Notes under the pieces: model-generated
What the model was told of the DNA's origin: nothing
Database searches by the model: none
What the model saw: the letters and a program-made list of their open reading frames with translations, nothing else
Shown: positions 15,298-30,084 of the stretch, piece by piece
Position numbering within the stretch: the first letter of the stretch is position 1
Layout: every line of letters begins with the position of its first letter
Made by a program: the position numbers and the translations under genes
NCBI RefSeq assembly: GCF_009914755.1
Contig: NC_060928.1
Origin: the human T2T-CHM13v2.0 reference genome, Homo sapiens
Direction: 5' to 3' (one strand)
DNA length: 64,000 bases

Positions 15298-16014
15298 CAT
15301 TTTTGCCTATTTCTGCCTTTTGGAATGGGAATGTGTACCCTATGCTTATATATAGATAATATGTTTTGATTTCACAGGCTTACAGATGAGACTTGGACTT
15401 TGGACTTTAGAGTTGGTGCTGGACTGAGTTAAGACTTTGGGGCTATGGGTATGGAATGAATGTATTTATATGTGAGAAGGATATGAGTTTTGTGGGGCCA
15501 GGAGTGGAATGCTATGGTTTGAATATTTGTCCCCTCCAAAACTCACATTGAAATTTAACCCCCAATGTGGCAGTATTGAGAGGTGGGTCTTTAAGAGGTG
15601 ATTGGATCATGAGGGCTCACCCCTCAATCTATTCATGGATTAATGGATTAGTTGATTAATGGGTTTTCACTGGAGGGAAACTGGTGGCTTTATAAGAAGA
15701 AGAAGAGAGGCTGAACAAGCATGCTAGACACTCAGCCCCACTGCCATGTGATGCCCTGTGCCCCCTCAGGACTCTGCAGAGGGTCCCACTAGCAAGGAGC
15801 AAGAAGGTTCTCCCCAGATGCAGTCCCTTGACCCTGGATTTCTCAGCCCCCAGACCTGTAATAAATAAATTCATTTTCTTTATAAATTATCCAGTTATAG
15901 GTATTTTCTTTTAAGCAAAAAAAAAAAAAGACTAAAATGGGTGGATTATAACACTTACCAATCACTATCCCTTTAAAACAATGTTTTTTCTTGAAGTCTT
16001 TACTTTGATATTAA

Positions 16015-16447
<433 letters not shown>

Positions 16448-16904
16448 AAGAATACTTCCTTAACAATTATTTTAAACGTTACAAATACATTATCACTTAA
16501 CAGTAAATCTTACAGGTTTCACAGCTCACTGCTATTTCGTCTAGACTACATGTTTCGATTTCTTGAGATCTTTATTCTGATTCATTTGTTATTTCAGCAG
16601 ACTACTTCCTGGAATAGTTTTCTTCATAAAGAGTGTTAAGAGAGAGGCTTTCTTGTCCTCCAGTGCTGAAGCGGGTTTCTTTGTCCTCACAGAAGAGTGA
16701 GCCTTTACCTCAGAAGCTGTAAATGTTGTCCCACCATCTCTCTCAGCATTTATGTAGCAAACACCCACTTCAGTGTCAGCTCCAGCATCTCTTCTATGAA
16801 ATGACCTGTTTATTCTGAACCTTATAGAAGTTTCTATGCATCCTTTGAATTAACATTTTTCATCAGCATACCACTTGGTATGTGTTTTCCTCTATTAGAA
16901 TTTC

Positions 16905-17285
16905 CTTCACTGTGCCAACCTTGTTCCTGCCTTGGAGGTCTTGCACTAGCTCTTCCTTCTTTTCAGAATGATCTTCCCTGATACTGCAAGGCTGCCTCCT
17001 TCCCACCATTAGCCCTCACTTCAAATCCATCAAGTCGTTTTATGACCACCATATCTAAAACATCTCCTAATCATTGTCATCATCTATCACATTCATTATC
17101 CTGTTTTATTGTCTTCAGGAGTGTTTATTATGGTCTGATATTATCACATTTATTTATTTGTGCTGATTGTCTTCCCTTCACAACTGGAATGTAAACTCCA
17201 TGAACGCCTCTGCTGTATGATTTTCTACTCTATCTTTGGCTCCAATAATAGTGCCTAGCTCATAGGAGAAGCTGAATGAATGAAG
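16905..17285 (+). mobile_element. L2 3' end
   Basis: GGAATGTAAACTCCATGAA...AGTGCCTAGCTCATAG...GAATGAATGAA tail. Confidence 0.7.
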
Positions 17286-18384
17286 GAGAAATACCAGGAG
17301 CTGCTTTTCCTCTTTCTAAGATTTTCCAAATATTTTCCATGTGATCAGTCCTCCTCTTCCTATTCAATTTGCTAACTATCCAACCATTCTTCTGGTCCAC
17401 CTCAAGGCTTTTGGTTAGAAGTAAAGTAACACCCCACCCCCCAACCCCTGCACACTTGCAAGAGGGCAAATGGATACACACAGAATGAAGTTCAAGGAAC
17501 TCTAGCATATTGGACAGCTGAATTATTCAGCTGACTTAATGAAGTTCACAAAGTTCCTGGAGTATCTGGTAGAACTCCTGTCCTCTGTTTGACATTATTT
17601 AAATTACTCTCCAGTTCTTATTTCTGTTTACTGCCTAGTCACAGCCAAAGAGTATCGAATGCTGCTTTTGTTGTACTTTGTAAATATGATTCAACAGATA
17701 TCAAGATTACAATTGTAAACTAATCTGTTTTTGTTAGAGATTTGGTTTAATATGATTTGGTTTGGCTGACCTAATCAGGCTTGGCAATGGAAGTTACTCT
17801 CAGAAATCTAATGCCAATAGTAAGGCCACTTTCTTCAGATATTATGCCTGGAGCATATAGTGAAGGCTAGAAACCTGGGTTCCCCACACTGCTGTTTTTG
17901 CTTTACCACACCATAATCTTGCTTAAAGAAACAGAGTCGAAGTTATAAGCTGCTATAACTAATTTTAACAATGAAAAAGTTTTATTCTATTAGTACATGT
18001 TAGGAGTGTTATAAATTTACTGAATGTAGGCATAGATGAATATAAATAAATACTAAAAAGAGTTCAAATGAGTGATTAGTTAGGCTTTGCTTATAGCTAT
18101 GAAATCTTCCTGGGATGAAAGGGGATCACACTGAAGAAATGGAAGAGGAAGGTGAAAGTTTGGAAAGACTAGGAAACACTTGTGCTTGGATACATATATG
18201 CAATGATTTGATATTGAGTGTCTATAAAATTCTCATTTCCTGTTCATCCACTCTATAAAACTCAATTTGTAGTAGAGATTGCTGAGCAGGAAATGCAATG
18301 GCTGCTTTGAAGCTAGCAGTTATAGTGCTATTCACCAAATCTTACCAGTGATAAGAGACTTCTCAGAGTTCCTTTTTCTTCTGG

Positions 18385-18595
18385 CGTGATGACTAGCAGG
18401 GGTCCTCTGGTGGCTGCTCCATAAGCCTGGGTCCTGCAGCGAGTATGATAGAGATTAGAGTTCCCAGCTAAGCACCAGGGATCATATATTGATCACACAT
18501 TGTGTACTAGAAATAAATCTTTCTTGCTTTAAGACACAGAGATTTGGGATAGTTTGTTATTGCAGTATAACCTAGCCCACCCAAACCAATATATA
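18385..18595 (+). mobile_element. Old MLT1 LTR 3' fragment
   Basis: GAAATAAATCTTTCTTGCTTTAAG...GAGATTTGGG...TTGTTATTGCAGTATAACCTAGCC. Confidence 0.65.
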
Positions 18596-18656
18596 GAGCT
18601 TAAACAGCCTATTCCAATGGGAAACTTTATCTAATCTCTTGCTTCGAATACCATTC

Positions 18657-18955
18657 TTTTCTTCCTTTTTTTTGAGACAGAGTCTCACTCTGCTGCCCAG
18701 GTTGGAGTATAGTTGCATGATCTTGGCTCATTGTAACCTCCGCTTCCTGGGTTCAAGCGATTCTCATACCTCAGCCTCCTGAGTAGCTGGGATTATAGGC
18801 GTGTACCACCACGCCCAGCTAATTTTTTTGTATTTTTAGTAGAGACGTGGTTTCACTGTGTTGGCCAGGCTGGTCTTGACCTCCTGGCTCAAGTGATCCG
18901 CCCAACTTGGCCTTCCAAAGTGCTGGGATTACAGGCGTGAGCCGCTGTTCCCAGC
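18657..18955 (-). mobile_element. AluS/J element
   Basis: Antisense dimer. Confidence 0.95.
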
Positions 18956-19050
18956 TGCCATTTCTCATTCTTCCTCTCTGACATCTCAGTCTCTTTCTTG
19001 TTTCTTATGATCCTCCACCAGTTTTGGGCTTTACTTCAGCATTACATCTT

Positions 19051-19303
19051 TAAAAAAATTTTTTTTAAACTTTTGTTTTAGGTTCGGGGTACATGTACAG
19101 GTTTGTTATATAGGTAAACTCATGTCACAGGAGTTTGTTGTGCAGATTATTTTGCCACCCAGGTAGTAAGCTTATTAAAAAGTCAAAAAATAACAGATGC
19201 TGGTGAGGTTGCAGAGAAAAAGGAACATTTATTCACTGTTGGTGGGAGTGTAAATTAGTTGAACTATTGTGGAAAGCAGTGTGGCAATTCCTCAAAGAGC
19301 TAA
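19051..19303 (-). mobile_element. Short L1PA-type insertion with 5' inversion
   Basis: Antisense L1 3' end (19051-~19172) fused to a sense ORF2 segment (~19173-19303); TSD CAGCATTAC(A/G)TCTT at 19037-19050 and 19304-19317. Confidence 0.88.
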
Positions 19304-19460
19304 CAGCATTACGTCTTGAATCTTACTGCCTTACCCAACTGATAGGCACAAATAAAAACATGTATACTTTTTAAAAAATTATTTATTTTCATTTTTTCTT
19401 CAGATACCGTGACTTCAAAAACATGTATAATTTAAAAAATAACTTAAAAAATTTCCAAGA

Positions 19461-19726
19461 ATCCCAGCACTTTGGGAGGCCGAGGCGGGCGGATCACGAG
19501 GTCAGGAGATCGAGACCATCCTGGCTAACACGGTGAAACCCCGTCTCTACTAAAAATACAAAAAATTAGCCGGGCGAGGTGGCGGGCGCCTGTAGTCCCA
19601 GCTACTCGGGAGGCTGAGGCAGGAGAATGGCGTGAACCCCAGGGGGCGGAGCCTGCAGTGAGCCGAGATTGCGCCACTGCACTCCAGCCTGGGCGACAGC
19701 GAGACTCCGTCTCAAAAAAAAAAAAA
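19461..19726 (+). mobile_element. Young 5'-truncated AluYe-type element
   Basis: GGGCGAGGTGG, GAACCCCAGGGGGCGGAGCCTGC and GACAGCGAGAC diagnostics; CpGs largely intact; TSD AAAAAATTTCCAAGA at 19446-19460 and 19727-19741. Confidence 0.93.
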
Positions 19727-19801
19727 AAAAAATTTCCAAGAAGAAAAATAAAAGGGTGAAAAGATCTGGTGGGAAAGTATCAGAGAAAATGGGACAGAAG
19801 A

Positions 19802-20100
19802 GGCTGGGTATGGTGGCTCACGCCTGTAATCCCAGCACTTTGGGAGGCCGAGGCTGGCGGATCACAGGGTCAGGAGATTGAGACCATCCTGGCTAACACA
19901 GCAAAACCCTGTCTCTACTAAAAATACAAAAAATTAGCTGGGCGTGGTAGCAGGCACCTGTAGTCCCAGCTGCTCAGGAGGCTGAGGCAGGAGAATGGCA
20001 TGAACCCAGGAGGCAGAGCTTGCAGTGAGCCGAGATTGCACACCACTGCACTCCAGCCTGGGAGACAGACTGAGACTCTGTCTCAAAAAAAAAAAAAAAA
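19802..20100 (+). mobile_element. AluY/Sc element
   Basis: Sense dimer with A tail. Confidence 0.95.
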
Positions 20101-20929
20101 GAAGAAGGGACAGAAGAATAACATTATGTAAGATTTCCAGCATATACTCTCTCTTCATTTCCCATTCCTTTCATTTCTTCATTCAGGTAACAAAATATTT
20201 AGCATTTGCTATGAGCCAGTTTTAACCATCAGGACAAAATGGCAAACAAAAGTCATGAAAATTACAGTCTAGCTGAAAAGACAAAATTAATCAAATAATT
20301 ATACAAATAAATGTAAAACTATAATAGTGATAAGTGCTATGAAGAGGAGATGCACACATTATGTATCCGTATCTATTGTCTGTCCATCTGGAATGATAAA
20401 GCAAATGTAAGACATTCATAATTAGAATATATTGCTATATAGAAATAATGGTGTACAGAAATTCTTGGTACTATTCTTGCAACTTTTCTATATGTGTGAA
20501 ATTATTTCAAAATTAAAAAGGCTTTTTCAAAGCACTAACTGGTGTGGTGGTGTGTACACTTATTAGACAGAATTACCTGGATTGGTTATCTCTGTTTAGT
20601 ACTTGATTCAAACTTGGCCAAATTATATTGCCTGGCATTGTAATTCCTCTTTCGGTGCTAATCACTGTCCCTGCAGAATCCTGTGGCCCACACATGGTAA
20701 TAAAATGAATGAAAAATCCATTGTAAATCACACTTTGTATTAAAACATATGAACAAAACTCCCTGCCTTTGTTTTTTCTATTTTAAAAAGTGATACGTAA
20801 TTAATATGTAAAATTAGGAAAGAATACAATAAGTCTAATGAAAAATGAAAATTACTTATAACTCATCAGTCAGTGATAATCACTGTTAACATGTTGGCAA
20901 ATTTCCATCATATGTTTTTCATTTAGCAG

Positions 20930-21430
20930 TGTGAGTTGTTTGTTGTGTGTTGCAAATTACCCTGAAAGTTAGCTGTTTAAAACAATAAACATTATTTTAC
21001 ACAGTATCTGAAGGTCAAGAATCTGGGAGTGACTCAGCTGAGTGGTTCTGAATCAAAGTTTCTTATGAGGTTGTAGTTAAGTCGTAGCTACGATAGCAGT
21101 CAGTTGAGAGCTGGGGAATTAGTGTCCAACTTCATTCATGTAGCTGTTGATAAAGAGGCTTCAGGCCCTCAGCAGGTAAGCCTCTTCATTGAGCTCACAT
21201 AATATGAAAGCTGCCTTCTCCCAGAGGAAGTGATGAGAGAAAGATAGACAGAGAGGGAGAGAAGACAGAATGTGCAGTCCTTTATAACCTAGTCTTGAAA
21301 GTGACATATCATTTCTGCTATATTCCATTTGTCATACAGGCTAAACCTGACACAGTGTAGGAGATCCCTACACAAGCATGTGAATACCAGGAAGCAGCAG
21401 ATGTTGGGGGCCATCTTGGAGGCTGGCGAT
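20930..21430 (-). mobile_element. MLT1F/G-like LTR
   Basis: TTAAAACAATAAACATT...GAATCTGGGAGTGACTCAGCTG...GGGGCCATCTTGGAGGCTGGC. Confidence 0.7.
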
Positions 21431-21529
21431 GAGATAACACTCTACCATGAGTATTTTACCACATTGTAAAAACATTTCCTACATTATTTCAGTGATTGCA
21501 TTATATTGTTATAGGCCTTCAAATTCATG

Positions 21530-21750
21530 TACAAAGGGGTATTATAAAGTTATGAGGCTATTTTTTCAACAAATACACCAGAATTTGTCCATTCCTCCAA
21601 ATCAGTGCTGTCTTTCAAACAGCTCACCTTGGGAACCTATGAACTTATTCTAGAGATGTCAGGCTGTTGTCACAGACAAGCCTGGGGTTCCTTTTTGAAA
21701 TTAGGACTGGACTGTTGCAGCGTAGTATTTTTAATAAACTCAAAGATGAT
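21530..21750. mobile_element. MARNA-like mariner fossil
   Basis: TCAGTGCTGTCTTTCAAACAGCTCACCTTGGGAACCTATGAACTTATTC resembles recalled MARNA consensus. Confidence 0.5.
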
Positions 21751-21778
21751 ATGAGGCAGTTATGTTAGCAAGTAGAAT

Positions 21779-22160
21779 TGCTGTAGTCTGAGGGTGTTCC
21801 CCAAAATTCATATGTTGAAACTTGTCTATGTCATTGTCTCATGCGGTGCTTAAGTCATGAGAATGGAGCATTCACGGATGGGATCAGGGCCATTACAACA
21901 GGGCTTGTGGGAGGGGGTTTGCCTCTTTCCACCTCTTCTGCCATGTGGTAACATGGTGTGAATCTCCTTTTCCTGTCTCTTCTACTATGTGAGGACAGAG
22001 CAATGAGGCACCATCTTGGATGCAGAAAACAGGCCCTCACCAGACACTAAACCTCCTGACGACTTGATGTTAGACTTCCCAGCCTTTAGAACTGTAAGAA
22101 AGAACTTTCTGTTATTTATAAATCACCATTTTGTTACAGCAGCCCAAAAATGCTAAGACA
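21779..22160 (+). mobile_element. MSTD/MLT1A-like solo LTR
   Basis: TGCTGTAGTCTGA...CTAAGACA; 5-bp TSD AGAAT/AGAAC. Confidence 0.85.
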
Positions 22161-23750
22161 AGAACATATGTTGGATTTATTCTTGTTCTGCTGCTGCTCC
22201 ATTTGCAATACCAGACCAGATGTATTATTTAAAAATGTATTTTGACACCCAACTAAAGCTTAACAAAATGATATTTCTTAGTCAAATTAATCATCACATG
22301 AATGAACTATGGGTGTTCAACTATGGGTGAACATTACTGATTCAGAGATTTCTGCTCTTTGGGCTCTGAATGGGTCCCCCGCCCCCAGCCACCTGCCCAG
22401 TGAGTATCTTGAAGTGTTTCTTCCCTAAGTGTAACTCTCAGGAGAAGTACTATATTGATAGAAACTTACATTCTCCAGGGTATAATACTGTATTTATGTA
22501 TTTACATAGCCATCAATTTTGCTGGCAAAAGAAAATTGTGGACTGGGAAAGCAACATGAAGGCAGAATCAAGGCTTATTTCACTTTGTTTCTCATGGTGC
22601 CTGGCACACAGTAGGCACCTAATACATGTTTCTTGAATTAATAACAGTGAAATTCTTGTGTTGTAAAAAAAAATAATACTTGAACTGATAATACTTGTCT
22701 GGTAGTCTAAATCTTAAAAAGATTCATACTGATATTTGGTACTGGGGTTTCCTTTTTTCACTTTGACGTTGTGACATTGAAGAATGACGTTGTGACATTT
22801 TTCTTAAAGTCCTGCGGTAACATTAGTTGGACTGAAATTGACAGCATGCTCAAAAACATGGACATGGTTTTTATGTTCAAACTCCCCAAGTAAACAACAA
22901 CAACAAAAAATCACCACCAAAAACAAGTACACAAATTAATATCAGGATTTTAAAACTGGAACCATCTTCTAACTTTCCTTGGAGTTGCAATAGGTTTAGT
23001 TGTGCCATCTCTATACTAAAAGCCATTGCAGTTATTGGTTTTCTCTAAGACATCTAGAAAGATGTATGTGTGTGCCATATATGTAGTCATCAGAACTTTT
23101 TCAAACAACTGCTCGGGGACAGGATGAGGCAGTGAGGAAATGAGCAAATTGCTACCATTCTCCCAGAAAGTTAATGTTATATTAGTGGCTCTATTTTGGA
23201 GGAGGAAAACAATCCAGTTTCAAAGTTAGCATAAGCATTATGCTCATCACTCTCTCACTTCCTTACAGAGGGCGCAGGAGAGTCTGTAATTTCATGCCAA
23301 GTGCTCTAATGACGATGTGGCATGGCTTTTTGCTTTACCTGGTTTCTTCCTGTACTAAAGGGAAAAGGAATTAAAGGCAGTTCCAATGTTGAAACATTGA
23401 GCCCAGACCATTACAAATAAAAACAGAACAAATCCTAATGAAAGGAATAAAATTCCCTATAGGAGCTCTGTAATGAGAGAAGTCACCGGGTGCCCAGAGT
23501 AGTCTGAGAAGCATACATTTAATGAGGTTCTGGTAAAACCGTGGGGACCTAGCCATTCTCTCAATGCAAATGAGCGGTTCCCATCAGCATTGTCCTCATC
23601 CTTTGGTGAACTCCTCTCCTTTCTCTCTTTCTTTTTTAAAGCATAACTTCATGCTTACAGAACAGTCAAAATAATAAAAAGAAATGGAGTGCCCTTTATC
23701 CAAACCTACCAAATTGTTAGTATTTCTTTCTATTTGCTTGCTTTATCATT

Positions 23751-23778
23751 CTTTCTCTCTCTCTCTTTCTCTCTCTCT

Positions 23779-23811
<33 letters not shown>
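23751..23811. repeat. Compound microsatellite (CT)n(CA)16
   Basis: Read directly; (CA)16 at 23780-23811. Confidence 0.95.
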
Positions 23812-23814
<3 letters not shown>

Positions 23815-23983
23815 TCACATTTTTATTTTTTTAGCCATTTGAGAAGTTATTTTGTCCCTTTACCGTAAAATACTTTCAGGTGTATTTCCTTTGAACAGAA
23901 AAGAATCTGCTTACATAATCCCAATACAATTATCAAATCAGGAAAATTAACAATGAAACTATCTTTTTTCTAATCTATAGCTC

Positions 23984-24425
<442 letters not shown>

Positions 24426-24707
24426 TAATCTCCTTTGATTTGGGACAGTTCCTCTGTCATACTTCATCTCTCATGACCTTGACAATTTTGAAGAATATTT
24501 TGTAGAACGTTCCTCTGTTTGGGTTTGTCTGATAAGACGTAGGTTATGATTTTTGGGAGGAGGATCATGAAAGTGATGCTGTGTCCTCCTTCATCAGCAT
24601 GTCAGGAGGCACATGAGTTTGGTCTACTCCAATATTGGTGATGTTAGCTCTGCCTAGCTTTTTGAAATCCTACTTCTTTTCTGTGATTTTGAGACAAAAT
24701 AACTTCT

Positions 24708-25011
<304 letters not shown>

Positions 25012-25059
25012 CAAAATAACTTCTGAGACTCTTAAAGACACATAAATTGAAGTTGGCCC

Positions 25060-25515
25060 TGTCTTCATTCTTTATCTGCCACTGCCCTCCCTGCTCCAGA
25101 TCTATTCTCTCCCCTTCTTTGCTGCATTTTGTACCCTGGGAGGCTGATTGCTAGGAAACTGCCTCCCTTGGCCTTCTCTGCTCCTAGCTTCCTAGATTCA
25201 GCAGATAGAAAATACCAGCAAGAGATGAAAGTGTGGAAGGCGAGGAAAGTCAAGGAATTCATTCCCCTGGGTCCCTCACTGCTTTGCTTTAGGCCCGTGT
25301 CCTTGGCAGGGGCTGTGCACCTTCAGGACCACAGCTCATTGTGTCCTCTCAGCTCTGGTGTGGGTGGCCTCCTGCTACTTCCAGTCTCTAGGTGCCTCAA
25401 CACACAGCTGTGCTCTTAGCTCTACCCACACCTCGAAACGCAGTCCTTGGCTAAAGATTCTTCATTTTTAATATGTGAGTTGAATTCTGTTTCCTGCCAT
25501 GACTCTCACTGGTCC
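25060..25515 (+). mobile_element. LTR33-like ERVL LTR
   Basis: CCCTGGGAGGCTGA...CCAGCAAGAGATG...TCTGTTTCCTGCC 3' end. Confidence 0.65.
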
Positions 25516-25834
25516 AACTTTTACGTAGAACTTCTGGGGAATAGATGTCATGAAAGAGATGGCCTTTTGTACAGTGTGGACAGAAGGGCCAGTGATGGCA
25601 TTTAGTACATTAAGAAGAACAAAAGCCAGTTGTTGATCATTTACTACAGGTAAGCCACCAAATCAAGTCCTGAAGAACTGCGAGACATATTTCTTTTTCC
25701 TCAGAGTGCTTAGAATGGAATCGAGGAGATCGATGGTGTACGATAGAGGAGTTCAGAAGGGAGCGAGATCCCTAAGGCTTGAGCAGTAAGGGAAAGTTTC
25801 TGGGCTGCAGCAGAGGACATGAGAGAATTCAGGT

Positions 25835-26050
25835 GTATTAAGTGTTTTCTGTTGGCCAGGCCTGTTACCCAGAGTTTTGTTCTCTCTTTTATTTCTCTTA
25901 TTTCTTTTATCTCATGGTCGCTTCATCTTACAGGTGAGGACACAAAGGCTCAGAGGAGTCAAGTAATTTGTCTGAAGTCATAGATGTAACTTGTGAACCC
26001 GCTGGGATTTGAACCCAGTTTTGTCTGAAATCTAAAGCTCATGCTCTTTT
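25835..26050 (-). mobile_element. MIR
   Basis: TTACAGGTGAGGACACAAAGGCTCAGAG...GGGATTTGAACCCAG. Confidence 0.75.
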
Positions 26051-26774
26051 CATTGTAAAAGCAATAAGGAGTAAGACACGGGGCTTCATAAAGGAGAGAT
26101 GTTGGGAGAATTGTCAGGGAAGCAGGAATGTTTGTGATGTTTGGAGTCATTAATTTCTGAGAGAAAATAAAAGACATACAAGAAGAATCAGAGTGTAGCG
26201 AGGGCTACAGGGTTTCCACAGGCCAGTCTCTTCATATAGAAACCAGGTGAGTGCTATTGCCTATGATGCAAAGCCAATGACCAACAGATATGATGCAGAA
26301 GAAAGATTGTACAAGATGAAAGTCGGCCATCCATTAGAGTGGAATTGTCCGGATGCCTTATTAACGGTTGGTGAAAATATCCTGAATATAATGAATTGCC
26401 ATTTTTGCATCGATCTAAGTACAAAAAGACAATGTTTAGACAAGAAATAGTTAAATGTTTTATCATCCCATATCCCAAGTTAATAACAATTAGATTAAAA
26501 TTTAGTCCAAGGGATTGTGTGCTAAGATAATATATTTCAACATATAAATCCTAAGTACTTAGATTTACACACCACCTTTCTTCCAAAGAGTTAAAGGCTG
26601 ACAACCAAAAAAAGGGAGATCAGTCGAAGTCTCAGAGCAAAGGCTAGTCTTAGAATTAACAGAATTAAACCAATACAGATAGAACATTTGTCAATTAAAA
26701 GTGCTCAAAATAGGCATTATTCCATTCCTGCCTCACAACAATTTTGTAAGCAAGTACTGTTAATATTATCACTT

Positions 26775-27065
26775 GGCCAGGAGCAGTGGCTCACATCTGT
26801 AATCTCAGCACTTTGGGAAGACAAGGTGGAAGGATTGCACGAGCCCAGGAGTTTGAAACCAGCCTGAGCAACGTGGTAAGACATCATCTCTACAGAAAGT
26901 TTAAAAAATAAGCCGAGTGTGGTGATGCACACCTGTGGTCCCAGCTACTCAGGAGGCTGAGGTGGGAGGATTGCTTTAGCCCAGGCCAGGAGGTAGAGGC
27001 TTCAGTGAGCTGTGATCACACCACTGCACTCCAGCCTGGGTGACAGAGCAAGACCCTGTCTCAAA
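26775..27065 (+). mobile_element. AluJ element
   Basis: GGAGGATTGCTT and CAGTGAGCTGTGATC J-type diagnostics. Confidence 0.92.
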
Positions 27066-27745
<680 letters not shown>

Positions 27746-28173
27746 GATCACAACTTTCCAGTTGCCTGGTTCTGAGTTTGCGTCTCCTTATTGAATGGGA
27801 AGAATGAGTCTTCTATGCCTGGTGTTAGGGCTTCTTACCTTCCTCTAGGCTCCAAGTCACTTTCTTCACTTTCCAACACCCTTCTTTTTGTCATAGTCCC
27901 TTACTTTTAGCAGTCTGGTCTCCTTGCCTGCTGATGCATTCACTGGTATGTAAGGCCGTCGCTGATGATAATTTAAGGTATCATCTTTCCAGGGGGTTCC
28001 AAATTTTAAAAAAAACTCTGAAATGAGTTTCAATTTAATTTGATTCAATCAATTCAATTTTTAAAAAAATTGGAGCTTTACTGGTACTGTCACAGTTGAT
28101 AATATTGGTCACATGGTATCATATTCTGGGGTAAGGAAACCCCACATACCACGTACTTTTAAAGAAAAGTCTG

Positions 28174-28476
28174 GGCCAGGTGCAGTGGCTCAGGCCTGTA
28201 ATCCCAGCACTTTGGGAGGCTGAGATGGGCGGATCACCTGAGGTTGGGAGTTCGAGACCAGCCTGATCAACGTGGAGAAACCCCGTCTCTACTACAAATA
28301 CAAAATTAGCTGGGTGTGGTGGTGCATACCTATAATCCCAGCTACTTGGGAGGCTGAGGCAGGAGAATCACTTGAACCCAGGAGGCGGAGGCTGCGGTAA
28401 GCTGAGAGCCATTGCACTCCAGCCTGAGCAACAAGACTGGAACTCCGTCACAAAAAAAAAAAAAAAAAAAAAAAAA
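28174..28476 (+). mobile_element. AluSp/Sq element
   Basis: GGAGAAACCCC, CAACAAGA; TSD AAAGAAAAGTCT at 28161-28172 and 28477-28488. Confidence 0.95.
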
Positions 28477-28488
28477 AAAGAAAAGTCT

Positions 28489-29048
<560 letters not shown>

Positions 29049-29924
29049 TTAAGGGAATAAAGGAAAGGTTACAGATGGATGGCTCCCATCATCACATTAC
29101 AGTGGAGAAACATCACCAGACTTACTGCTTTCAAAGAGTAATATAGAAATGCAAACTTGAAAGGCCACCTCCAAAATCCTGACATCTGGCCCTCCCACAA
29201 AGATGTCCAAAGGAAGAAAAAAATTGATTTCCATAAAGCTGGCCCTTTGCAATGTGCAGCTGTCCTCTTGGTTACAACAGATAATTTTTCCTAGATTAGC
29301 AGCACAATGTTGATTTATTGGGTTTAGCATAAAATTCCTGGAATGGAAAGTGAAAAAGATGTGAGATGTTAATTGTTTTTTTTCCTCCCTATTTGCTAGG
29401 AAATAACTCCCAAAGGTCTCAGGAATTATGGTGGAAATTCTCCCCTCTTGTCTTTGCTGACTCAAGCAAAGGGTAGGCAGTACAGAGTTGAACTCCGTCC
29501 TTAACTCCCAAGAATCTCAAATGATAAGTCTCTCCTGGACACTGCACGGGGCAAAAAGACCATTCCCATGGGTGGAAAGCAGGTTGTAACAAAAAAAAAG
29601 GTCCAGATTGTGCTTCGGGAGTAGGGGAAGACTGGTTTTCAATGATAGTACTTACTGGACAACTTTTTCCCACTCCTAGCCTGGACCCAACCTGAATATT
29701 TGAAATTGATACTTTTCCAGAAGATCCGAGCCATGTGTCCCTGTACTTAAATAGAGACCAAACTTTTGAGAAGTAACTCTTCCCACATGTAGAAAAATGA
29801 AATGCTTTTCTTCCACCATAGTAGTAAAAGCATAAAACAATTCTCCACAGGAGTTTGCAGATGGGATCAATAATTTGTTTTTTTCCCTTTTATTGAGATG
29901 AAGGTAAATTCCTAAAACAGACTT

Positions 29925-30084
29925 CTTTTTATTTGCTATTATTTTACAATTTATTTTTATTTTTTGTGGAGATGGTGGTCTCTCTATGCTGTGCAGGCTC
30001 ATCTGGAACTCCAGAGCTCAAGTGATCCTCCCATCTTGGCCTCCTAAAGTGCGGAGATTACACATGTGAGCCACCATGCCTGGC
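29925..30084 (-). mobile_element. FLAM-type Alu monomer
   Basis: Antisense left monomer; CCTAAAACAGA duplicated on both sides. Confidence 0.85.

Noticed and set aside
19173-19303. Strong similarity to 62802-62932, suggesting a segmental duplication
   Set aside because: Both are the same part of L1 ORF2 in independent insertions with different TSDs
26247-26450. 67-aa ORF in unique sequence with protein-like composition
   Set aside because: It starts at a GTG that is a splice-donor-like site, has no recognisable homology, and its length is expected by chance
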